Assembly: GCA_965233585.1 (NCBI GenBank)
Contig: CBDDTI010000745.1
Span: 352,001 to 416,000, forward strand
Source: a bacterium
GTDB taxonomy: Bacteria > SAR324 > NAC60-12
Direction of reading: 5' to 3'
DNA: 64,000 bases
Under the pieces are notes generated by a model that saw only the letters and a list, made by a program, of their open reading frames with translations, was not told where the DNA came from and did no database searches. Each line of letters opens with the position of its first letter. Within the stretch, counting starts at the first letter, position 1. The translations under genes were made by a program, and so were the position numbers. Positions 32,618-45,500 of this stretch are shown one piece after another.

Positions 32618-32940
32618 GTCATTGCTCACCTTGACCCGCAATCTCCCTTGTTTTTTTCCCAATAACTCTTGTTTTTGAGATTCTGAATCAAGTTCAGAAT
32701 GACGGATTTGAGTCATTCCCCTGTTTTCACAAGAGGCAGGCTCTGAGTTCTCTTCGTCATTCCTGCGAAAGCAGGAATCCATGCTTGGTTTGGTGATAGA
32801 TTCCGCATCAAGTGCGGAATGACGATTTGCTCTTTTTTCCCATTCCCCCGTCATTGCGGGACCTGACCCGCAATCTCTCTTTTTTTCCTATACAGAACTT
32901 TTTCACTTTTGAGATTCCGCATCAAGTGTTCCAATGACAA
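32618..32940. repeat. Cluster of REP-like palindromes
   Basis: GATTCTGAATCAAGTTCAGAATGAC, GTCATTCCTGCGAAAGCAGGAATC, GATTCCGCATCAAGTGCGGAATGAC, GTCATTGCGGGACCTGACCCGCAATC and degenerate copies in alternating orientation. Confidence 0.88.
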
Positions 32941-33309
32941 AAGATGTCATTTTTATTTTGTGCAAAGATGCAATACTGAAAAAATTTAATTTGTTTATTT
33001 AAAGGCTGTCCTAGATAGATACCCAATCATAGGTTAGATACCTATGCCAACCCCAAAACATTTCAAACAAATCAAACAAAATTTTTGTTTCAAATAAACT
33101 GTTCTGCTTGACTTAAAAAATTCATCAGATGGCATTGCCAATGCAGAGTTTTTTTAAAAAAAGCAAAAGGAGTCAAGCAACGTCTTCATTTTTAAATCTT
33201 TTTCAGTTATGCTCGTAGGCGTTCCCTAATTCAAGCAAAACTTGAATCAAAATTAAATCACGCTTAAATTGCTTAAATTCAACTTGAATCCAACCAGTAT
33301 AGGAATGTT

Positions 33310-34221
33310 ATGAATCGTATAGGAATTGACCTTGGAGGTACTAAGACAGAAATCATTTTAACGAAAGAAAACCCTTTAGATGTTGTAGAACGCAAGCGGA
33401 TTCCCACACAACAACACGCAGGCTATCACTTTGTTTTCAATCAACTGGCAAACCTCATCAATGATTTTCAAACGCTCTGCGAGACTCCCCCCATGATTGG
33501 CATGGGGATCCCGGGAATCATTGACCCCAATACAGGCATTGTCAAAAATGCCAATACGACTTGTCTCATTGGACAACCTCTGAAGGCAGACCTTGAATCT
33601 GTGATTGACAATCAAATCACCATCTCTAACGATGCCAACTGCTTTGCTTTGTCAGAAGCACTTTATGGTGCAGGACAGGGTTATCAGACAGTGCTTGGTA
33701 TCATTTTGGGGACAGGCACAGGAGGGGGATTGATTGCTCATGGTAAAGTTTGGGAAGGCAAGCATGGCATTGGTGCTGAGATTGGGCATGTGAGTTTGAA
33801 TCACAAAGGTCCGAAATGTTGGTGTGGCATCTCAGGTTGTATGGAACAATACATCTCAGGGACAGGCTTGCAACGACTTTATTTTAAAAAAACAAAGGTT
33901 AAAAAAACGGCTCAACAGATTCATGCCGATTATCGTGCCAAAGACCCCTCTGCCCAAGAAGTCTTTGCTGATTATTTCCGCTTTTTTGGTCAAGCAATCG
34001 GTGGATTGATTTGTGTGCTTGACCCTGAAATTATCGTATTGGGGGGCGGAGTGTCTAATATTCCTGAACTTTATACTTTGGGATTAGAATCTATTCAAGA
34101 CTTTGTACTTTCGGAGGGGGCGCAAATTTTGCTCGTGCCAAATCAATTAGGTGATTCAAGCGGTGTCTATGGTGCGGCTTTGCTGTCTCACCCTGAAGTC
34201 AAGCAGAATCTGAATTTATGA
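33310..34221 (+). CDS. ROK family sugar kinase (fructokinase/Mak-like)
   Basis: [40 protein letters not shown]. Confidence 0.93.
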   Translation: MNRIGIDLGGTKTEIILTKENPLDVVERKRIPTQQHAGYHFVFNQLANLINDFQTLCETPPMIGMGIPGIIDPNTGIVKNANTTCLIGQPLKADLESVIDNQITISNDANCFALSEALYGAGQGYQTVLGIILGTGTGGGLIAHGKVWEGKHGIGAEIGHVSLNHKGPKCWCGISGCMEQYISGTGLQRLYFKKTKVKKTAQQIHADYRAKDPSAQEVFADYFRFFGQAIGGLICVLDPEIIVLGGGVSNIPELYTLGLESIQDFVLSEGAQILLVPNQLGDSSGVYGAALLSHPEVKQNLNL

Positions 34222-37055
34222 TTCCCGGACGTATTCGTACCAAAATTCTGCTAGCGTTCTTCTTCATTTGTGCCATTGCTCTAGCAGGGTATCTCTTCCT
34301 TTACTTTCAATTTAAACGTCAAAACCAAGTCATCAATCGCTTGATTGAGCAGCAACAACCCATGATTTTGGCATGGTCTCAGTTGTTAGGTGGCATCAAT
34401 CGTTCGCTGGCGGCAAGCCGTGGATACGCTCTTTTTGGCACTCAATCCTTTTTGAATGAAAGAAATCAGGCATGGAAGGAGCAGATTTATCCCACGATGG
34501 AAAAGCTCAAAATCTTCTACGACCAAGACCATGAAGAATTTCAAGCCCAAGAAGTGAGAATGTACTATGATTTGAGGCTTGATGTCTTGGAATTAGACCA
34601 AGTGCAAAAGGAAATAGGAAACATTGTGCAACGTCCAGAAAATATCCCTGCACTAGAGACCTTTGAGCAAACTATCTATCCTGCCATCTCTCAAATGGTG
34701 ACCAATCTCACTCAAATTTTCCAAAATTCTCCAGAGATTCAATATGCCACAACTCATCATCAACTTTGGGATATGATTGAGGCATTGAGATTTTTTATTT
34801 CTGAAGGACAAGAAGACCAATGGCAGGCAGTTTTGGCACTTTGGGCAACCAATGAACGTGTGTCACTTGATTTAAACTCTCAAAGCCAACAATTCTCCAA
34901 ACTACAAAAATCGCATTGGAGGCAATACCAAACGAACAGAAGACGAGTTGAAGGCACTTTGCCCCAAATTCATCAGCTCCGTCATTTAGAAGATTGGAAC
35001 ATCGCACATCATCGCATGACAGCGGTTGCTGTTCCACTAGTCAAAAAAATAGAATCGGACATCTCCAAGATTTTGCAGTGGCACTTTGATTCTGCAAGAA
35101 CCAACAATTTACAACTTCAAGAAGACTTGACGTTGTCGCTCACATGGCTTTTAGCGGTGGCACTTGGTGTCTTTTTGTTGGGAATTGTCCTTGCTATTTT
35201 ATTAAGACAACGGATTGTGCAACCTTTGATGGAGCTTCGCGATGCTGTCAGAAAAGTCAAATATGAAGATTTTGATGGGCATTTAGAACTCAACAGCCAA
35301 GATGAAGTAGGTGAGCTAGCAGGTGAGTTTGAGGAGATGCTTCATGCCATCAGTGAACGTACGAAAGATGCCAACCGCAGTCGTCAGATTTTGGAAAACT
35401 CTCCTTTTCCTGTGATGCTGGCAACCCCTGACAGAGAACTGGTTTATTTGAATGCCGCTGCCCTGCGTGAGTTGAAACGACTGGCTCAATTCCTGCCAGT
35501 GTCTCCTGACCAGATGCTTGGTCAAAACATTGACTTCATGTTGGAAATGGGAAAAGTCCAACCCTCTCGCTTGTCCCTTCCCTACACACTTCCCCCAAAA
35601 ACAGACATTCACATTGGCACACAAATTATTGAGATGACCTTCAGCCCCTTGCACGATGCAGACAACCAATTTCTTGGCTCTGCTCTTCATTGGAACAATG
35701 CCACACAAGAAAGGCAGACCCAACAAAAACTTTTGGAACTTGTCAGTCATCGCGAAGCAGAAGGGAAGAACCAGCAAAAAATGTTACAACAGCTTGAAAG
35801 TCAGAATGAAAAATTATTGGAGCAAGTCCGCATTGACCGCGCCCAAGCAGACATGTCAGAAATCATTCTTACCCTTGACATCAATGAAACCTTAGCCTCT
35901 GCTGTTCAAATTCTGGCAGAAGCCACAAATTCACAATTTGCTCTGCTTTATCTTGACGAACAACAAAACGCAACCTTGCAACTCAAACAATCCTATGCCA
36001 TAGACCGCAGTGTGTTGGACGCAGAGCTTTACAAGTCTGATGGCTTCCCAACTCATATTTTTCAAACACACCAAGCTCAAATGATTCGTCAGCCTGAAAT
36101 TCTTAAAACAAGCTCCTTTCAACTGGGATTTGGCATCGCCTCACCTGCAGTGGTGGCAGGCTATCCTTTAATGTTCCAAAAAACTTGTTTAGGAGTGCTG
36201 ATTTTGGCAAGCACGACTGAATTTCACGAGGTCATTTTACGTTTCATTGAAAACATCACCCCCCAAATCGCTGTCTCTTTGCAAAATGCAATGACCTTTC
36301 AAACTGCAGAAAACAGACGTGAAACCTTAGAAGTGGTCAATTTAGAACTAGAAGCGGCAACCCAAATGAAAAGTGAGTTTTTGGCAAATATGTCCCATGA
36401 GTTGCGTACGCCACTCAATGCCATTATCGGATTTGCAGACACCTTGCTTGATGAAGACAATGACCCATTGACTTCATACCAAAAAGACCGTCTTGGCAGG
36501 ATTCACAAAAGCGGGCAACATCTGCTGGAACTCATCAATTCCATTCTTGACATTTCCAAGATTGAGGCAGGCAAGATGCAGTTGCATGCAGATTGGTTTA
36601 GCTTCTATGATTTGGCAGAAGAAACACTTGGCGTCGTAGAACCCCTTGCCAGTCATAAACATTTAGCCCTCAACATGGAAGTCTCAAAAAGCATCGCCAA
36701 ATGCTACACAGACCAAGACAAAATCAGGCAAATTCTCATCAACTTGCTAGGGAATGCCATCAAGTTTACACAAGCAGGTGAGGTGTCCCTTTCTGCTAAA
36801 ATTGTTGATGATATGCTCACTTTTCAAGTGCAAGACACAGGTTGTGGCATTGAAGAGTCTCAGCTTGAGACCATTTTTGAAGTGTTTAATCAAGGCGATG
36901 CCTCCGATACAAGAAAATTTGAAGGCACAGGACTTGGACTAGCACTTGTTAAAAAAATGGCACAACTTCTTGGCGGTGATGTCTCTGTCAGCTCGCAACT
37001 TGGTCAAGGCTCACAATTCACACTCCAAATCCCAAGTCATTTCAAACAACTATGA
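34218..37055 (+). CDS. Sensor histidine kinase (TM-periplasmic-TM-HAMP-PAS-GAF-HisKA-HATPase)
   Basis: [48 protein letters not shown]. Confidence 0.93.
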   Translation: MIPGRIRTKILLAFFFICAIALAGYLFLYFQFKRQNQVINRLIEQQQPMILAWSQLLGGINRSLAASRGYALFGTQSFLNERNQAWKEQIYPTMEKLKIFYDQDHEEFQAQEVRMYYDLRLDVLELDQVQKEIGNIVQRPENIPALETFEQTIYPAISQMVTNLTQIFQNSPEIQYATTHHQLWDMIEALRFFISEGQEDQWQAVLALWATNERVSLDLNSQSQQFSKLQKSHWRQYQTNRRRVEGTLPQIHQLRHLEDWNIAHHRMTAVAVPLVKKIESDISKILQWHFDSARTNNLQLQEDLTLSLTWLLAVALGVFLLGIVLAILLRQRIVQPLMELRDAVRKVKYEDFDGHLELNSQDEVGELAGEFEEMLHAISERTKDANRSRQILENSPFPVMLATPDRELVYLNAAALRELKRLAQFLPVSPDQMLGQNIDFMLEMGKVQPSRLSLPYTLPPKTDIHIGTQIIEMTFSPLHDADNQFLGSALHWNNATQERQTQQKLLELVSHREAEGKNQQKMLQQLESQNEKLLEQVRIDRAQADMSEIILTLDINETLASAVQILAEATNSQFALLYLDEQQNATLQLKQSYAIDRSVLDAELYKSDGFPTHIFQTHQAQMIRQPEILKTSSFQLGFGIASPAVVAGYPLMFQKTCLGVLILASTTEFHEVILRFIENITPQIAVSLQNAMTFQTAENRRETLEVVNLELEAATQMKSEFLANMSHELRTPLNAIIGFADTLLDEDNDPLTSYQKDRLGRIHKSGQHLLELINSILDISKIEAGKMQLHADWFSFYDLAEETLGVVEPLASHKHLALNMEVSKSIAKCYTDQDKIRQILINLLGNAIKFTQAGEVSLSAKIVDDMLTFQVQDTGCGIEESQLETIFEVFNQGDASDTRKFEGTGLGLALVKKMAQLLGGDVSVSSQLGQGSQFTLQIPSHFKQL

Positions 37056-37167
37056 AGAAACCAGCCCTCAAAGAACAACAAAGAAAAGTAAGGAGCAAGT
37101 CCAAGTGGGCAAGTAGGGAAGTTTTTAATGAATTTTTGAATCAATGAGTTTCAAGGAAAAAAGAAAG

Positions 37168-38001
37168 ATGATGCGATTTTTAGACATGAAGACAGATTAT
37201 GCCTTCAAGATGGTGTTTGGCAGTGAGCAGAACAAAGACATTTTAATCAGCCTACTCAATTCTATTGTTCACTTTGAAAATGACCACAAAATCAAAGACT
37301 TAACTTTGCAAGACCCCTACAATCTGCCTTTGTTAGAGGGCATGAAAAACTCCTTTGTAGATGTCAAAGCAAGGCTAGACAACGGCAAGCTGGTCATCAT
37401 TGAGATGCAAGTGCTGAAACATGAGGGTTTTGAACAGCGAATACTCTACAATGCCTGTAAGAATTATTCTGCACAACTTCAAGAAGGAGACCCCTACCAG
37501 CTCATCAATCCTATCATCGCTTTGAACTTTGTCAATTTTGTCATGTTTGGAGAGAATAAGCAGCTGATCAATCACTTTCAGTTGTTAGAAAAAACACTTT
37601 TTACCCGCTACTCTGGGGACATTGAACTGATTTTTGTAGAACTACCAAAATTCCAAAAAGGATTAGAAGAGTTGCAAGAATTGAAAGAACAATGGATTTA
37701 TTTTGTCAAAAATGCAGAACTGCTGCATGACATTCCAGAAAGCCTTGATTCACACATTCAAAAAGCCTTGGTGCAAGTCAATACCGCTGCAATGACACCA
37801 CAAGAATTGGAGAGAATCTACAAGCGGAGAGAATTTTCTGTTGTCATCAACAGTGTCAAACATCAGAGCTTTCAAGAAGGCAGAGAAGAAGGAATTGAGA
37901 AAGGGAAACTTGAGATTGCCCACAAAATGTTGGCATCTGGCACCGATTTAGAGACTGTTTGCCATCTAACAGGACTCACCAAACAACAACTTGAACAATA
38001 A
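37168..38001 (+). CDS. Rpn family recombination-promoting nuclease (PD-(D/E)XK nuclease 2)
   Basis: DYAFKMVFG, VDVKA…IIEMQ, FVELPKF, EGREEG..KG..EIA..ML. Confidence 0.93.
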   Translation: MMRFLDMKTDYAFKMVFGSEQNKDILISLLNSIVHFENDHKIKDLTLQDPYNLPLLEGMKNSFVDVKARLDNGKLVIIEMQVLKHEGFEQRILYNACKNYSAQLQEGDPYQLINPIIALNFVNFVMFGENKQLINHFQLLEKTLFTRYSGDIELIFVELPKFQKGLEELQELKEQWIYFVKNAELLHDIPESLDSHIQKALVQVNTAAMTPQELERIYKRREFSVVINSVKHQSFQEGREEGIEKGKLEIAHKMLASGTDLETVCHLTGLTKQQLEQ

Positions 38002-38054
38002 AATCGCTTACGAAGCATCAGACGATGTAGTGTTTCAATTCCCCTCTGACAAGA

Positions 38055-38827
38055 GGCAGTGTTCACTTGGTGTTGTTACCATGTTCTTTGAACCTTTTAT
38101 AGTCAAAGAAGAGTTTGAGAGAGTGTTGTAGCATGTCCAAAGTTTTAGAATGTCGTTTAGATGTTCTCATCAAGCGAGCTAGGTTATCTCTGATGGAAGA
38201 ATTAGAAGATTCAATGAGATGAGTCTTTTTTTGCCTATTTCATGGTTCTCTGGAATTTGTCATTGAGCAAATGCCACTTGATAGCATGAGTTGGCATCGG
38301 TATAGATTGTCTTCATTCTAGGTCGCTGTTCTTTGACTAGTGCATACAACTTTTGGGCAGCTGCCAATCCTTTGCCTATCACAAAGGCAATCACACATTG
38401 TTCTCTACGAGAGTCTGCTGTCCAAACAGCTACTCTTTGACTTTTTTTTGAACAAAAGTATAGATTTCATCCATCTCTATACGATCTACTTGCTCTTTGA
38501 AACTTGGTGCGTCTTTTGGGAATTGAGACACTCTGGCTTTTTTTGATCCAGTTGAGAACAGAAGTTGGAGATACCTGCACAAAACGAGCTATCTTTCTGA
38601 TGCCTACACTATTGACATACATTTCTAAAGCTTGACGCTTGGTCTCTAGTGGGATTCTCAACCCATTTGAACTGAATGACCTCCCACATGATTTGCAAGA
38701 ATATCTCTGCACTCCTTTGTAACAACCATTCTTGATGTAAGTCTGACTCCCACAATGATGACAACTTCTCATATTCATTCCTCAAATTTACTCTCACACG
38801 CAATAACAATACCAAGTGAACACTACT
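38055..38827 (-). mobile_element. IS1-family element, species B copy 3 (frameshift plus nonsense)
   Basis: GGCAGTGTTCACTTGG end; InsA with an extra base in the A-run; same InsB TGA as copy B2. Confidence 0.9.
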
Positions 38828-38968
38828 CTCTACTGGAGAGGTGTTTGCTCACAGCAAGTGGGATGGTTCAAAATTAAAAAAATCCCCTTCCTAATCTCTT
38901 AACCTTCTTCTTCCTTAAATTTTTCAAAATACTCTCAAGTCACAGCCTGAGTTTTTTGTACTTGTATA

Positions 38969-39461
38969 ACCCAAGTTTCTAGTAAGAAGTAGTCCATATC
39001 TCGTGATAGAGTAGTGTTTTGACAATCAACTTTAATCCATCATGGTGGGACATAGACTACGAAATCATAAGAGTCTATTGCCTCCTTACGCAAAGATAAC
39101 CACAGCTGTAGTTGCCAACCTGTATTTTGTTTCAAATCACTAACAAGCTCAACAGTTTTTAAGAGAACACCGCTATATTCCTCACATGCTCAATAAAATC
39201 TGCTTTAACAAAAGATTGCACCAACTTCCTAAAGCCTTGTAGAGCCAAGTCTTTGTGACTTCTCAAGACAAACTCATCATGACAATGTTAGCCAAGAAGA
39301 TAGCATAGATAGTTTTCCAATTGCAGTTTGCCACAACCAAATCTCGGCTCTCTTTCCTAAATCTATTCATGCCGTCACCCAAAGAGGTTTCTATATCAAA
39401 GCAACTTCTTTTATCTGGGCTTTCTCTCTACCAAAATCAAAAATTTACTAGTAACTTGAGT
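38969..39461 (+). mobile_element. Internally deleted, degenerate IS982-family remnant
   Basis: TIRs ACCCAAGTTTCTAGT / ACTAGTAACTTGAGT (13/15 match); residual peptides IDSFPIAVCHN and FPKSIHAVTQRGF. Confidence 0.75.
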
Positions 39462-39544
39462 TATCTTAAATGAGCATCAGATACAAATTGGCATGTCATA
39501 GGTAGGGTACGGAAAACTTCGTATGATACCGCAAATCTACCGAG

Positions 39545-42500
39545 ATCTACAACAGTAGAAATTAAATAAGTCTATTAGACGATACGGCTTAGATCTGAAT
39601 CCTTCATATCTACAACAGTAGAAATTAAATAAGTCTATTAGACTCTCATGGTTATAGAAACTCCTATATATCTACAACAGTAGAAATTAAATAAGTCTAT
39701 TAGACCAGCAATGGATTAATAAGATTGGTGCAATCTACAACAGTAGAAATTAAATAAGTCTATTAGACGCGGGAAGATTTACGGACATAGTTACCTAATC
39801 TACAACAGTAGAAATTAAATAAGTCTATTAGACAGTTTCGCAAGTCCTGTGATCTTGACATCTACAACAGTAGAAATTAAATAAGTCTATTAGACAATAA
39901 CGGAGGTTAGTGTTGGGACTTAGATCTACAACAGTAGAAATTAAATAAGTCTATTAGACGTTGTTGAATGGAAAAAACGACAGAAATCTACAACAGTAGA
40001 AATTAAATAAGTCTATTAGACGCTCCTGAACGAGCGAACTGCTTCATATCTACAACAGTAGAAATTAAATAAGTCTATTAGACGAGCCACAACAGAAGCT
40101 CCCACAGGATATCTACAACAGTAGAAATTAAATAAGTCTATTAGACTAAAAAAAGCTGTCAGACTTGCGTCTCTATCTACAACAGTAGAAATTAAATAAG
40201 TCTATTAGACTATGCGGTGGTGATTGATGCAGACTACATCTACAACAGTAGAAATTAAATAAGTCTATTAGACGCATCTTGGAACAAACAGAATTTTACA
40301 TCTACAACAGTAGAAATTAAATAAGTCTATTAGACGAGCCACAACAGAAGCTCCCACAGGATATCTACAACAGTAGAAATTAAATAAGTCTATTAGACTA
40401 TGCGGTGGTAATTGATGCAGACTACATCTACAACAGTAGAAATTAAATAAGTCTATTAGACGCATCTTGGAACAAACAGAATTTTACATCTACAACAGTA
40501 GAAATTAAATAAGTCTATTAGACATGCGAAAAGGACTAGAGTGATGAGTATCTACAACAGTAGAAATTAAATAAGTCTATTAGACGATCCACAACAGAAG
40601 CTCCCACAGGATATCTACAACAGTAGAAATTAAATAAGTCTATTAGACATGCGAAAAGGACTAGAGTGATGAGTATCTACAACAGTAGAAATTAAATAAG
40701 TCTATTAGACGCACAAATCTCCAAGGCACCAGTGCATATCTACAACAGTAGAAATTAAATAAGTCTATTAGACACTTCTGACCTTATAATATCCTATGTA
40801 TCTACAACAGTAGAAATTAAATAAGTCTATTAGACTAAAGCAAGAAATATGACGACGCAAGTATCTACAACAGTAGAAATTAAATAAGTCTATTAGACTA
40901 AAGCAAGAAATATGACGACGCAAGTATCTACAACAGTAGAAATTAAATAAGTCTATTAGACTATAATGACAATCTGCACACATGTCATCATCTACAACAG
41001 TAGAAATTAAATAAGTCTATTAGACGAACTCAAAGCAGTCAATGCCTCATTATCTACAACAGTAGAAATTAAATAAGTCTATTAGACAGCATTTATTTCC
41101 ATTCTGAACAGAAATCTACAACAGTAGAAATTAAATAAGTCTATTAGACGAACTCAAAGCAGTCAATGCCTCATTATCTACAACAGTAGAAATTAAATAA
41201 GTCTATTAGACGGCATTTATTTCCATTCTGAACAGAAATCTACAACAGTAGAAATTAAATAAGTCTATTAGACCAAAAGGCGCTAAAGGTGAACTAATAA
41301 TCTACAACAGTAGAAATTAAATAAGTCTATTAGACCGTTGAAGAAGTAATCATCAGAGACAATATCTACAACAGTAGAAATTAAATAAGTCTATTAGACA
41401 ATTGGAGCGAAAAAAAGACGTTGACGAAATCTACAACAGTAGAAATTAAATAAGTCTATTAGACAAGTCTCTGTGCGACTCATCAATGGTGATCTACAAC
41501 AGTAGAAATTAAATAAGTCTATTAGACGGTGCTGCAATCTGCCAAAACGGGTCGTATCTACAACAGTAGAAATTAAATAAGTCTATTAGACTTCCAAGAT
41601 TGAAGAGTCTTTTTGTCTTATCTACAACAGTAGAAATTAAATAAGTCTATTAGACTCAACACGATCTAGGTTGTCTTTGGTATCTACAACAGTAGAAATT
41701 AAATAAGTCTATTAGACTTTTTCTGGAATTGATGCATACATCTATCTACAACAGTAGAAATTAAATAAGTCTATTAGACTTGAGACGTTAGTCGAGATCA
41801 GTTCGGTATCTACAACAGTAGAAATTAAATAAGTCTATTAGACGTTTTTCTGGAATTGACACGTACACCTATCTACAACAGTAGAAATTAAATAAGTCTA
41901 TTAGACCAAACTATTGAAGTTGAATACAATATATCTACAACAGTAGAAATTAAATAAATCTATTAGACTTTTTCTGGAATTGATGCATACATCTATCTAC
42001 AACAGTAGAAATTAAATAAGTCTATTAGACTTGAGACGTTAGTCGAGATCAGTTCGGTATCTACAACAGTAGAAATTAAATAAGTCTATTAGACGTTTTT
42101 CTGGAATTGACACGTACACCTATCTACAACAGTAGAAATTAAATAAGTCTATTAGACCAAACTATTGAAGTTGAATACAATATATCTACAACAGTAGAAA
42201 TTAAATAAGTCTATTAGACGCAAGATGAATCTTTTGAGATATTTCTATCTACAACAGTAGAAATTAAATAAGTCTATTAGACTTTTGGACAATCATGTTT
42301 ATAGAATTAATCTACAACAGTAGAAATTAAATAAGTCTATTAGACAGACTTTTTCAAATCTAATCCCTCGTATCTACAACAGTAGAAATTAAATAAGTCT
42401 ATTAGACAACAACGAAATTAACTTGAACAACCCTATCTACAACAGTAGAAATTAAATAAGTCTATTAGACATCATTTTCCGAAACTTGGAGAAACCAATC

Positions 42501-45500
42501 TACAACAGTAGAAATTAAATAAGTCTATTAGACAATTCAGGAGGGTATCATTCCCATTCTAATCTACAACAGTAGAAATTAAATAAGTCTATTAGACATG
42601 GAGGGGGGAACATTCTCAACACATCTACAACAGTAGAAATTAAATAAGTCTATTAGACAAAAAGAATTACGTCCCATTCTGGAGATCTACAACAGTAGAA
42701 ATTAAATAAGTCTATTAGACATGATGATAATTATCATCATCATCTAATCTACAACAGTAGAAATTAAATAAGTCTATTAGACATTACTGGATTGGATATA
42801 TGTAAATCCATCTACAACAGTAGAAATTAAATAAGTCTATTAGACTTCACAACTATAAATCTTCACAACTAATCTACAACAGTAGAAATTAAATAAGTCT
42901 ATTAGACCCTCTCAATAGACTGGTGCTGGGTTCATCTACAACAGTAGAAATTAAATAAGTCTATTAGACCTAGCTTCTCAAAAGCAAATGACTCAGAATC
43001 TACAACAGTAGAAATTAAATAAGTCTATTAGACAAAAAGAATTACGTCCCATTCTGGAGATCTACAACAGTAGAAATTAAATAAGTCTATTAGACATGAT
43101 GATAATTATCATCATCATCTAATCTACAACAGTAGAAATTAAATAAGTCTATTAGACATTACTGGATTGGATATATGTAAATCCATCTACAACAGTAGAA
43201 ATTAAATAAGTCTATTAGACTTCACAACTATAAATCTTCACAACTAATCTACAACAGTAGAAATTAAATAAGTCTATTAGACCCTCTCAATAGACTGGTG
43301 CTGGGTTCATCTACAACAGTAGAAATTAAATAAGTCTATTAGACCTAGCTTCTCAAAAGCAAATGACTCAGAATCTACAACAGTAGAAATTAAATAAGTC
43401 TATTAGACAAGATTTGGATTTGAGGAAGATGAAACCATCTACAACAGTAGAAATTAAATAAGTCTATTAGACACTTTGATGTCTGCTGCTCCGTATTATC
43501 TACAACAGTAGAAATTAAATAAGTCTATTAAACAAAAATAACTTACAAAATTGACAATTAATCTACAACAGTAGAAATTAAATAAGTCTATTAGACATGC
43601 AAGATTTAATAGCTTTTTCAGAAATCTACAACAGTAGAAATTAAATAAGTCTATTAGACCAATTCAATAAGAGTATTCTCTCACACCATCTACAACAGTA
43701 GAAATTAAATAAGCCTATTAGACAGGTTTGTATCATTCTATGATTCCGGATCTACAACAGTAGAAATTAAATAAGTCTATTAGACATGGAAAAGCAACAG
43801 AAATGTTACTTATCTACAACAGTAGAAATTAAATAAGGGCATTGTTAAGTAATAAGTGATAGCTGATTATTCCGTTGGCATTGTTAAGTAATAAGTGATA
43901 GTTGATTATTCCGTTTTGCCATGAACAAAAGAACAGAATATTGTAATGCTTTAAGAGACTTGCTGTAACATTTGGTTTTCCTTCTCATTCTTGCCAAGAA
44001 ATGTCTCAAGAGAGAATTATACCCTTCTACCGTGTATGTTTCTGCCTTGGAACATGTATGAATTTCTTTGGGAATGACTTGTTTGTAAGCCTTCCAGTGA
44101 TCAGTCATCACCTGAAGAGGTTTTGTTTCCTTGACCTTGTCCCATAAATGCCTACAGGCTTTTGAGTCTCTGTTTCCAAGCACACAATTGATAAATTGCT
44201 TCCCACATCTATCAACAGCAATCCAGAGCCAGCAGTAGTTTTTTTTGACTGGATGTAGGTGTGCATTTCATCAATTTCCATAATTTCAATGTCTGTGTCC
44301 TTTCTTAATGCCTTGAGCTGTTCGCCAAAACTACAGACCCAATTATAAACTGAAACATGAGAACAATTCAGCAAACGACCGATTGACCTGAAACCAAGAC
44401 CCTCCAAATACAACTCTAATGCTCTTCTTTTGATCTGTGGTGAGATTTGACCACGATAGGACTTGGTATATTGATAGTTGCAGGCATTGCAACGCCTCCT
44501 CGGTTTACCATATAAAAAACCATTCTTAACCATCTTCTCACTTTCACATCTAGGACACGACTTCATTGCTACACCATGACTATCAATTCAATTAAATGAA
44601 CTTAATATCGCATATCACTTATAGTTTAACAATACCGAAATTAAATAAGTCTATTAGACAAAGATTCAACAACATTTCTGAGCCTAATCTACAACAGTAG
44701 AAATTAAATAAGTCTATTAGACATCTGTGTTTTACATGGTTTTCTATCTTTATCTACAACAGTAGAAATTAAATAAGTCTATTAGACCTATTTGAGCAAA
44801 GGTCAATCTTGAATATCTACAACAGTAGAAATTAAATAAGTCTATTAGACTTAGACAAAAACCTTTTAGACGACCTATCTACAACAGTAGAAATTAAATA
44901 AGTCTATTAGACTAAGAGAAAAAAAATATCCGTGCCAAATCTACAACAGTAGAAATTAAATAAGTCTATTAGACGTGATGTTTGAGACACACCATCTTTT
45001 ATCTACAACAGTAGAAATTAAATAAGTCTATTAGACAGAATCATCAGACTCAATAGATTCAAATCTACAACAGTAGAAATTAAATAAGTCTATTAGACTA
45101 TAATGTTTAATCATTATTCTCTTAATCTACAACAGTAGAAATTAAATAAGTCTATTAGACTTTATTCTAAAAAATAAAATGAATAACATCTACAACAGTA
45201 GAAATTAAATAAGTCTATTAGACCCCCTAAAGTGATTTTTTTTGCATATTATCTACAACAGTAGAAATTAAATAAGTCTATTAGACATAAATACCCTAAA
45301 TTAGTTTGATTATATCTACAACAGTAGAAATTAAATAAGTCTATTAGACAACAATCAAAGAATCTTCAGAATCAAATCTACAACAGTAGAAATTAAATAA
45401 GTCTATTAGACAGAATTTTCTTTGACAAATCCTAGTTTATCTACAACAGTAGAAATTAAATAAGTCTATTAGACAAAGCACTGTCAGCAGAAAACCACAC

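Noticed and set aside
32591..32854. 87-aa ORF
   Set aside because: Read-through of REP palindromes into the IS end
39462..39544. Degenerate terminal repeat
   Set aside because: Only a 6-nt ATCTAC match at the wrong spacing
40268..40983. ORFs with repeated LIDLFNFYCCR
   Set aside because: Translations of CRISPR repeats, not genes
43838..43876. IS-derived CRISPR spacer
   Set aside because: It lies within a broken repeat, is 39 nt and is not flanked by full repeats; an IS remnant fits better
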